DNA of 64,000 nucleotides, taken from assembly GCA_963803145.1 (NCBI GenBank), contig CAWDLW010000008.1, positions 416,001 to 480,000 of the forward strand, read 5' to 3'. Positions 20,935 to 28,185 of this stretch are shown here, one piece after another. The stretch comes from Methanotrichaceae archaeon (GTDB lineage: Archaea > Halobacteriota > Methanosarcinia > Methanotrichales > Methanotrichaceae). Each line of letters begins with the position of its first letter. Position 1 is the first letter of the stretch. A program made the position numbers and the translations under genes. The notes under the pieces were generated by a model. It was given only the letters and a program-made list of their open reading frames with translations. It had not been told where the DNA came from and ran no database searches.

Positions 20935-20976
20935 TCATCTCAACAGATTTCGGTTTACTTAAATACAAGATTATAG
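20389..20976 (+). pseudogene. GT2 (DPM-synthase-like) glycosyltransferase 5' fragment
   Basis: LPAYNEE, DDGSSD, DTDGQH; homology ends at QSGFRAF (~182 aa). Confidence 0.8.
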
Positions 20977-20990
20977 CATATCTTATTATT

Positions 20991-21272
20991 ATGGAGTGGA
21001 TGATTCAAGGATTAGAAAAGTTGGGCGAGATCAAACCCGACGCCCTAAAAAAAGTTCTCAAGGACATAGAGGAACAAAGGCCGGAGATATTTCGCTCTCT
21101 AGTACTCATCGCTTATGTAGATAATAAAATCAGCCTATCCAAGGCTGCCGAGCTTCTAGGGCTCTCCAGAATTGAGCTCCAAGAGGAGCTTCTGGAGGCA
21201 GGAATTCCTATCAGATCCCTTTCCGAGGATGATATTGCAGCAGAAGTCGAGATGCTGAGAAAATGCTGCTGA
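20991..21272 (+). CDS. UPF0175 family antitoxin-like protein
   Basis: KISLSKAAELLGLS HTH; overlaps the PIN gene. Confidence 0.82.
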   Translation: MEWMIQGLEKLGEIKPDALKKVLKDIEEQRPEIFRSLVLIAYVDNKISLSKAAELLGLSRIELQEELLEAGIPIRSLSEDDIAAEVEMLRKCC

Positions 21273-21736
21273 TTGCGGATACGACTGTAATATCCAATTT
21301 CGCTCTCATTCGAAGACTAGATCTTCTTACAGGCATAAAGGATCTCTGTACTACAGAAGAAGTGTGGGAAGAGCTAGAAGCTGCCAGGAGAAGGAAGATC
21401 CTGGAAATTGCCCAGACTGAGCTGAAGGTAGAAATCCTGAAAATGGACGAAGATGAAAAGGAGAGCTTCCTCCAGTTGAGCAGCAGGTTTGGGCGGGGAG
21501 AGGCATCGTGCCTTGCAATAGCGCTTCATCGAGACGCAGGAATACTGACGGATGATCTCGATGCCAGAAGATTCGCCCAAATGGGAAACATTCCAGTCTC
21601 CGGAAGCTTAGGCGTGCTTGTGAAATGCATTGAGAATGGCAAATTATCCTTGACACAGGGAAATGAGCTCCTAGCTGGAATGATCAAGAATGGGTTTTAT
21701 TCGCCAGTTGCATGCTTGGATCGATTCTTGCACTGA
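21263..21736 (+). CDS. PIN-domain toxin (DUF3368-like)
   Basis: IADTTVISNF, GRGEASCLA, LTDDLDARR, GSLGVL. Confidence 0.88.
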   Translation: MLLIADTTVISNFALIRRLDLLTGIKDLCTTEEVWEELEAARRRKILEIAQTELKVEILKMDEDEKESFLQLSSRFGRGEASCLAIALHRDAGILTDDLDARRFAQMGNIPVSGSLGVLVKCIENGKLSLTQGNELLAGMIKNGFYSPVACLDRFLH

Positions 21737-21750
21737 TCATGGTTCCTTAA

Positions 21751-21865
21751 GATTGTAGTTCTATAGCATACATTTCCTTCTGGGGCTAAAATTAGCGGTT
21801 TACTAGCGTCCTCAATCGCCGGACAGGCTGCCTCTAACCCCTCGCTGGGGGAAGGCTTTGGAAAC
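21751..21865 (+). repeat. Structured repeat A, copy 5
   Basis: ttccttctggggctaaaattagcggtttactagcgtcctcaatcgccggacaggctgcctctaacccctcgctgggggaaggctttgga. Confidence 0.9.
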
Positions 21866-21898
21866 TGTGAGATATAAGGTTGAAATCCTGGAATCCAA

Positions 21899-22141
21899 AT
21901 GAAACAAATAACTTTCATACAGCATGCTATCGATAGATTGAAAGAAAGAGGGATCTCTTCAGAGCAGGTAAAAGAGATAGTACTAAATCCAGATTATACT
22001 GATCGATTAGATGGTAGGAAAATTGCACAGAAACTTATTAATGGAAAACTGATAAGAGTAATATACGATGAAGAAAAGGATGTAATAATTATCATCAGCG
22101 CTTACAGAACCTCAAAAGTGGGCAAATACTTGAGGAAATAG
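21899..22141 (+). CDS. DUF4258 family (RelE/BrnT-like fold) putative toxin
   Basis: HAIDRLKERGIS, IRVIY, IISAY. Confidence 0.8.
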   Translation: MKQITFIQHAIDRLKERGISSEQVKEIVLNPDYTDRLDGRKIAQKLINGKLIRVIYDEEKDVIIIISAYRTSKVGKYLRK

Positions 22142-22143
22142 AA

Positions 22144-22359
22144 ATGAAGATCTCCTATGATTCAAAATATGATGTATTATATATGAAATTCTCTGATGGA
22201 AAGGTTGCAGATACCATTGAAGCAGATGGCGGCCTTTTAATCGATTATGGAGAGCAAAAAGAGGTAATCGGAATCGAGATCATTAATGCTTCAAGCATGA
22301 TGAAAACCAAACCATTACAAGAGATAGTGATCAAGATTCAAGAAGACGCAGAGGCTTGA
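22144..22359 (+). CDS. DUF2283 family putative antitoxin
   Basis: ISYDSKYDVLYM, VIGIEIINAS. Confidence 0.85.
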   Translation: MKISYDSKYDVLYMKFSDGKVADTIEADGGLLIDYGEQKEVIGIEIINASSMMKTKPLQEIVIKIQEDAEA

Positions 22360-22538
22360 ATGCTCGCATAAAAGATGCGTGAACTCTCGAAGATATTACC
22401 TTCATATAAAAGAGTTCTTCTCTTGAGCTGGATTCTATACTTCGTTTCTAGTGGAAATCGGGCTTGATGCGTAAAATCGCGGGCAATGTAGAAGCTAAAC
22501 AGGTGCATTCACCTGAAAATATGATCGAGGTAAACCAT

Positions 22539-22742
22539 ATGGATACAAAGAAACGCATGCCTGCAACCAGCCGAATCCCTGTATCCAGAGCAGTCTGGGC
22601 CGAACTGACAATGCTAAAGAAGCCTGGGGAAACTTTCGATCAACTCTTAGAGGAAATGATCGAAAGAGAAAAGAAGAACAGGTTTTTCGAGGATATGGAT
22701 CGCATCGAGAAGAGAGGTAAGTTTGTGGCGATGAAATGGTAG
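22539..22742 (+). CDS. Small DNA-binding antitoxin-like protein
   Basis: SRIPVS...LKKPGETFDQLLEEMI; overlaps the start of a RelE-like remnant. Confidence 0.7.
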   Translation: MDTKKRMPATSRIPVSRAVWAELTMLKKPGETFDQLLEEMIEREKKNRFFEDMDRIEKRGKFVAMKW

Positions 22743-22784
22743 ACTATGATGTGGTCATAGATATAGACGCACAGGAATTTCTGG
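22736..22784 (+). pseudogene. RelE/ParE-like toxin 5' remnant cut off by repeat A
   Basis: MVDYDVVIDIDAQEFL runs directly into the repeat core ttctggagctaaaac. Confidence 0.55.
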
Positions 22785-22830
22785 AGCTAAAACCAGCTGT
22801 TCACTAGCGCGCTCAGTCGCCGGACGGGCT
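22779..22830 (+). repeat. Structured repeat A, partial copy 6
   Basis: ttctggagctaaaaccagctgttcactagcgcgctcagtcgccggacgggct. Confidence 0.8.
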
Positions 22831-22894
22831 TTAAGAAACTACTATTCATGAGACCAGATTCTAGAACCACTCAAACTTTGCGTTTGGGCTGACT

Positions 22895-23013
22895 AATACA
22901 ATTCCAAAAACTACACTTCCTTCTGGGGCTAATACCAAGGGGTTTTACTGGCGTCCTCAATCGCCGGACGGGCTACCCCTAACCCCTCTTCGGGGGAAGG
23001 ATTTGGAAAACGA
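22895..23013 (+). repeat. Structured repeat A, copy 7
   Basis: Core plus flanks shared with copy 4. Confidence 0.92.
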
Positions 23014-23211
23014 TAGGCTAAATGGTTGATGAGGACATGACGAACGATTCCTTTTTACGTTGAATAGGACATCTGTCTGAAACCAATAATATTAAAGTCT
23101 CTGTGTGGTACGAAAATGATTTGCTTCTGGGTCTTTAGGCCGGAAAAGCAATCTATCGGTATTGCTTGAATAGATAATGCCAAATACAAAGAACTCGCAG
23201 TTTATTTAAAA

Positions 23212-23616
23212 ATGAAACGGCTCATAGCTCACATCTCCGGCAACGTCCAGCAGGTCGGTTATAGGGCTAAGGTGATCGATATGGCCAGGGCCTTTGGTCT
23301 AAAGGGCATGATCGAGAACCTGAAAGATGGACGAGTATTGATTATAGCCGACGGCGAAGACAAAAAGCTGGAATGGTTCGAAGATGCAATCAATATTAAA
23401 AACACCCTTATCCAGGTAACCTCTATAGAGAAGGAATACTCTGCCACAGATGGAAAGTTCGATGATTTTGGCAAGCTCGTGTTCGAAGATGATATCAGGC
23501 TGGAAGAAGGCGTCGAGGCCATGTTGGAGATACTTGACAGCATAGAAGATATCGATAATATTCTGATTGATATGAAATCAAACCGGGACAGCTTGAGAAG
23601 GATCAGGTATCTATGA
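23212..23616 (+). CDS. Acylphosphatase-domain protein with acidic helical tail
   Basis: GNVQQVGYR and ENLKDGRV motifs. Confidence 0.82.
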   Translation: MKRLIAHISGNVQQVGYRAKVIDMARAFGLKGMIENLKDGRVLIIADGEDKKLEWFEDAINIKNTLIQVTSIEKEYSATDGKFDDFGKLVFEDDIRLEEGVEAMLEILDSIEDIDNILIDMKSNRDSLRRIRYL

Positions 23617-24236
23617 AGCTAAAGATAGAAATAACCGGCCTCAAGGTCCATGATGTGGGCTATAGAGTTTTTCTCGGAAAGCTTGCCATTGGGCTAGCGA
23701 TGCCCGGATTTATAGCATATAATTGGAATGAAGAAGGACACCAGGAGGTTATAGCTTTGGCTGAAGGCGATCCTGCCAGGATGGCAATACTTCAAAAGCA
23801 AATCGAAGAAAAAAAGCCAGAGCTTGCTGAGATATCATCGATAACCTTCGAGGATTACGATGGCGATGTTGGGCGCACCAGTGAATTTGCGATGTTCTTA
23901 TCCTTTGAGCAGCTAGACAAGGCCATCCCCATTCTCCAGGCAGTAAGAGCAAATACAGACACAATCCCACAGATAGCTAAGAACACTGCGTTAATCCCAA
24001 AGATAGCCGAGAACACTGCGCTAATCCCAAAGATAGCTGAGAACACTGCGTTAATCCCGCAGATAGCCAAGAACATTGAGAAAATAGCCCAAACCACCGA
24101 TAGGACTGCCAAGACCTCTGAGCATATCCTGGAATAGGTCAAGGAGATCAGGGAGGATCAACCAAGCTTCGCAGTGCAACTAAAGCAACTACAACAGGAT
24201 GTCCAGGCTATAAAGTCTCAGTTAGGGATGCAGTGA
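23613..24236 (+). CDS. Divergent acylphosphatase-like protein with 10-aa repeats; in-frame TAG at 24135-24137
   Basis: KVHDVGYR; frame continues past TAG as VKEIREDQPSFAVQLKQLQQDVQAIKSQLGMQ to TGA at 24236. Confidence 0.65.
23964..24077 (+). repeat. 30-bp coding tandem repeat, ~4 copies
   Basis: atcccaaagatagctgagaacactgcgtta variants encoding IP(K/Q)IA(E/K)NTAL. Confidence 0.9.
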
Positions 24237-24355
24237 GAAGTATGAAGAGTTCGCCGAGAGATTGTGGGGATAAAGACAGCTCTTTCTAAGATAAAAGTGG
24301 TGGCTGCTTAAATTATCCTTTTGATGAAAACCAATTTGCTGCAATATTTCCGAGC

Positions 24356-24472
24356 GATCACAGTTCGAGCTTACACTTTCTTCCGGGGCTAAAACTAACG
24401 GTTTTCCTAGTGCCCTCAATCGCCGGACGGGCTGCCCCTAACCCCTCTCCGGGGGAAGGCTTTGGAAAACGA
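24356..24472 (+). repeat. Structured repeat A, copy 8
   Basis: ttcttccggggctaaaactaacggttttcctagtgccctcaatcgccggacgggctgcccctaacccctctccgggggaaggctttgga. Confidence 0.92.
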
Positions 24473-24482
24473 TACAAGGTTT

Positions 24483-24923
24483 ATGAGAATCTACATGGAT
24501 GTTTGCTGCCTATGCAGACCTTTTGATGATAGAACCCAAGATAGAATCAGAATTGAGTCAGAAGCGGTTCTCACAATCCTCCAAAGATGTTCTCAAGATT
24601 GGGCGCTCCTTGGGAGCGAAGTGATTGATTTTGAAGTATCGATGGTGCATGATTCCAGGAAAAGAAGAGAGTTGGAGCTACAGGCATCCATCTTCAGAGA
24701 AAAAATAATCGTTAATGAAAGGATCATTAAAAGAGCATCGGAGCTTGAGAAAATTGGGTTTAAAGCTATAGATGCAATACATATCTCCTCAGCAGAAAGT
24801 AAAGCAGATATCATGCTGACAACAGATGATAACATATTAATGGCCGCAAGGAGAAACAGCAAACTTATCATGATTGAGATAGATAATCCTGTGTGGTGGC
24901 TGATGAATGTCCTCCAAGACTGA
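24483..24923 (+). CDS. PIN-domain toxin
   Basis: IYMDVCCLCRPFDD, DAIHISSA, LTTDD; ATG lies ~10 bp after repeat copy 8. Confidence 0.88.
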   Translation: MRIYMDVCCLCRPFDDRTQDRIRIESEAVLTILQRCSQDWALLGSEVIDFEVSMVHDSRKRRELELQASIFREKIIVNERIIKRASELEKIGFKAIDAIHISSAESKADIMLTTDDNILMAARRNSKLIMIEIDNPVWWLMNVLQD

Positions 24924-25134
24924 CCTGCTAAGCAATGAGGAGATCAGAAGACGCGGGATTGAAGCACTTGAGCATGCGCTGGGGCCAGTTGATACAGTCA
25001 GATTCCTGCAGAGCTTTTCGCTCGGAAGAGGAGATTATACAAAGGAGCGTGCGAAGGTGCTTGACCTTGAGCTCGATGAGATTGTCGGGGGAATCGAGAA
25101 AAGGCGAAAGCTGGAGAACAACGAGGATAGTTGA
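24907..25134 (+). CDS. Putative antitoxin partner of the PIN toxin
   Basis: GIEALEHALGPVDTVRFL...GDYTKER; overlaps the toxin 3' end. Confidence 0.78.
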   Translation: MSSKTDLLSNEEIRRRGIEALEHALGPVDTVRFLQSFSLGRGDYTKERAKVLDLELDEIVGGIEKRRKLENNEDS

Positions 25135-25156
25135 TCATCAACTGACCCATGTATTA

Positions 25157-25298
25157 TCAACCACGAAGACGATAATTTAGCTATGGTAAAGGAACACAGC
25201 CAGGATAAAATGTTAAACGATTAGTTCTTTGTGCGGCCTTTGTGGTCTTTCTCGCCTTTGTTGTGAACAATCGTTGACTCGGTTATTTAACATATAGC
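25157..25298 (+). repeat. Hairpin repeat B, partial copy
   Basis: ttagttctttgtgcggcctttgtggtcttt... right arm and tail shared with the copies at 25413 and 26256. Confidence 0.8.
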
Positions 25299-25412
25299 GC
25301 ACTGTTGCTAACTACAGAACTACAAAACGCCGAGCGGTTTAGTTTCAGTAAAAATAAGAAATTGATCCTTCATGGTCTTCAGGTGAAAGGCTATTGGCCT
25401 TGCAACTAAAAA

Positions 25413-25595
25413 AACGACGAACTGTCAACCACAAAGACACAAAGGGCACTAAGAACCCACAAAGACGACGATTTAGCTAGGGGAAAGGAACAGAGTCAGG
25501 CTAAATAGTTAAAAAGGCTCCTTGTAAATCAAAAGATAAAATTAGTTCTTTGTGCGGCCTTTGTGGTCTTTGTGACTTTGTGGTGGATCGTCGTT
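25413..25595. repeat. Hairpin repeat B (long imperfect inverted repeat)
   Basis: aacgacga..accacaaagacacaaagg ... cctttgtggtctttgtgactttgtggtg..tcgtcgtt. Confidence 0.85.
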
Positions 25596-25693
25596 AGTAC
25601 TGTTATCAAACATGCAGCGTACCATAATCGACCGTGAGAAGCATAAAGAAGCCATTAACCTTAGCTTTCCCGATAACTTCGTGATCTGATCAG

Positions 25694-26125
25694 ATGGCCG
25701 AAATTCACTCGCACGATAACGCTCCTGAAGCTCAAGACGCGCACGCAAGACAAAGGGCAGACGAACTCTCGAAGGATCTCATCGGCGCCGCCATTGAAGT
25801 TCACAGGCGGCTTGGGCCGGGGCTTCTGGAATCTGCTTATGAAGAGTGCCTGTGCTGCGAGCTTGGGTTAAAGGGCATAGAATTCAAACGGCAAGTTCCT
25901 CAGCCGGTGATTTATAAGGGCGTGAAGCTTGATTGCGGATACAGGCTTGATCTTCTTGTCGAGGATCTGGTCATAGTCGAAGTAAAGGCTATCGAGGCGA
26001 TTGGTCCAATTCATGAGGCTCAGCTTCTAACCTATCTGAGGTTGAGAGGCTCCTGGCTCGGGCTGATAATCAACTTCAATGTGATTCTGCTGAGAGACGG
26101 GATTAAGAGGCTCGTTAATGGCTGA
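25694..26125 (+). CDS. GxxExxY protein (PD-(D/E)XK nuclease-like fold)
   Basis: LGPGLLESAYEECL, RLDLLVE, VEVKA, AQLLTYL, GLIINF. Confidence 0.93.
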   Translation: MAEIHSHDNAPEAQDAHARQRADELSKDLIGAAIEVHRRLGPGLLESAYEECLCCELGLKGIEFKRQVPQPVIYKGVKLDCGYRLDLLVEDLVIVEVKAIEAIGPIHEAQLLTYLRLRGSWLGLIINFNVILLRDGIKRLVNG

Positions 26126-26255
26126 AGGTTCAGAGCTGCCAGATTTATTAATATCGCAATTATACAGCTATCCCTCACAAAGGACACGAAAAATGCAAGG
26201 ACGACTTCAGCTGGCGTACTTATAAACAGGGCGTGCTGACAAACAACGAACTAAA

Positions 26256-26414
26256 AACGACGAACTATCTACCACAAAGACACAAAGGGCACTGAGAACG
26301 CACAAAGACGAATGATTTAGCTAGGGTCAAGGAACATAACTAGGATAAAAGGTTAGAAAATTAGTTCTTTGTGCGGCCTTTGTGATCTTTGTGCCTTTGT
26401 GGTGAATCGTCGTT
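26256..26414. repeat. Hairpin repeat B (long imperfect inverted repeat)
   Basis: Same arms as 25413-25595, on the other side of GxxExxY. Confidence 0.85.
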
Positions 26415-26569
26415 GGCTCTGTTATCAAACATGCAGCATACTTTAACCAACCGCAAGAATAGAAAGGCATAAAGAACGCACAAGTATATTTCACAATCAT
26501 TGAGAAACTTTTCAATAGATTTATAAATCAGGATTGTTATTTAGCGGTAAGTGGGAGGATAACGGATAA

Positions 26570-27214
26570 ATGAGCGTAACGGGGAGGGGAATCACAGCCA
26601 TTTTGCCTGCCTATAATGAGGAGGTGGCTATAGGCAGCGTGGTCCTGCGGACGAAGCAGTACGCAGACCGCGTGATAGTGGTCGATGACGGCAGCAGCGA
26701 CCGCACCGCAGAGGTGGCGAGGCTTGCGGGCGCAGAAGTGATCCGCCACCAGAAGAACATGGGAAAGGGTGCAGCTTTAAAGACAGGCTTTGAGGCCCTG
26801 AATGATCTTCAAAGTGAAGCATATCTACATATCTCTGGGGGTATGGGCCCGAAGAGCGGCACCGAATCGCAAAATGGGCATGGAATCATCGTGACCATAG
26901 ACACCGACGGCCAGCACGACCCGGCGGATATCCCAAAGCTGGTTGAGCCGATCATGAAGGGCGAGGCGGATATGGTAAACGGTAGCCGCTACCTGAATGG
27001 CAACAAGAAAGATACACCTTTTTACCGCCGAGTAGGCCAGAAAGTCCTTGACGTGGCCACCAACCTGGATAGCGGGTTGGACATCACTGATACACAGAGT
27101 GGATTTCGGGCGTTTGCCTCAAAAACCAAGGATGCTTTTAGGCTCCATCAGAATGGCATGATTTTTCTTAACTTTATTCATCACGGGGAGATGGGTGTAT
27201 GTCGCTCACTATAG
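26570..27214 (+). pseudogene. GT2 glycosyltransferase, second copy, probably also 3'-truncated (~197 homologous aa)
   Basis: Near-identical to the 20389 fragment; similarity to the downstream paralog stops after HQNGM. Confidence 0.65.
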
Positions 27215-28185
27215 CCGCAATGCCGGCCTACAATGAGGAGCGGTCCATCGCCAAGATGGTTCTGGGCTGCAAGAAGTATGTAGATACCGTGGTGGTGGTG
27301 GACGACGGCAGCTTCGATGCCACAGCTGAGATCGCCGATTCAGTAGGCGCCTATGTCGTGACGCATGAAAGAAATGGAGGCTATGGCGCTGCACTTCAGA
27401 CCTGCTTCGAGACCGCCCGGGATCTTGACGCAGATAAAATGGTAATAATCGACTCCGATGGCCAGCATGATCCTTCGGAGATTCCCATGCTACTGGAGCC
27501 TCTCAGCAAAGGCGTAGATCTTGTGATTGGCTCCCGGTTCTGCAACGGCAACGGCCAGAACGTTCCTGCCTATCGCAAGCTCGGCTTGAAGGTTCTGAAT
27601 ATTGCCACCAATATAGTCGGCGGCGTTAATGTCACGGATAGCCAAAGCGGTTTCAGGGCTTATGGAAAGCGGGCTATAGATTGCATAGATGTCGATGACA
27701 GTGGCATGTCTGCAGGCTCAGAGATACTTCTTCAGGCCAAGGATAACAAACTGAAGATCGAGGAGGTTGAGATCCACTGCAGCTACGATGTAGAAAGGGC
27801 CTCTACACAGAACCCTGTGAGACATGGGGTCAAAGTGCTGCTGATTCTGCTCCAGGATATGGAGCTTCGGAGACCGCTATACTATTTTACATTGCCTGGG
27901 ATGGCGCTTGCTGCAGTTGGGATTGGAATCGGGCTGGAATTGCTGAGGGCTTTCTACCATGGTGGCCAGCTTAGTTATGGGCTAACTCTGCTAATGATAC
28001 TGTTTACACTTACTGGATCGTTCATGGCATTCACGGGAATAATTCTGCATACAATCTCTAGATTGATTGATCATTCGATAAAGAGGCTTGATGGTTCAAG
28101 GCATATGAGAGCTGAACCTTTCAGCTCAGGTAGAGTGAGACATGAGTATAGCAGTGGTTCTAGGGACACGGCCAGAGATAATTAA
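27199..28185 (+). CDS. GT2 glycosyltransferase (DPM-synthase-like) with C-terminal TM helices
   Basis: MPAYNEE, DDGS, DSDGQH, DSQSGFRA, two hydrophobic helices. Confidence 0.9.
   Translation: MSLTIAAMPAYNEERSIAKMVLGCKKYVDTVVVVDDGSFDATAEIADSVGAYVVTHERNGGYGAALQTCFETARDLDADKMVIIDSDGQHDPSEIPMLLEPLSKGVDLVIGSRFCNGNGQNVPAYRKLGLKVLNIATNIVGGVNVTDSQSGFRAYGKRAIDCIDVDDSGMSAGSEILLQAKDNKLKIEEVEIHCSYDVERASTQNPVRHGVKVLLILLQDMELRRPLYYFTLPGMALAAVGIGIGLELLRAFYHGGQLSYGLTLLMILFTLTGSFMAFTGIILHTISRLIDHSIKRLDGSRHMRAEPFSSGRVRHEYSSGSRDTARDN

Noticed and set aside
24135-24137. Pyrrolysine readthrough of the in-frame TAG
   Set aside because: No pyl genes in the window, and a single GAG-to-TAG change explains it
18163-24419. 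Recurrent minus-strand ORFs containing PKPSPEEGLG / LAPEG
   Set aside because: They are translations of repeat A with inconsistent starts and frames, not a protein family
16054-24472. CRISPR array interpretation of repeat A
   Set aside because: Repeats are ~115 bp with gene-sized, irregular intervals; no cas genes in the window
16054-26414. Canonical integron (attC/intI)
   Set aside because: No integrase in the window; repeat A lacks clear R''/R' boxes; repeat B has an AAC...GTT base but does not fit RYYYAAC/GTTRRRY and is longer than typical attC sites
16313-27214. Diversity-generating retroelement explanation for the gene fragments
   Set aside because: No reverse transcriptase; duplicated parts are 5' ends and the differences are not visibly adenine-specific
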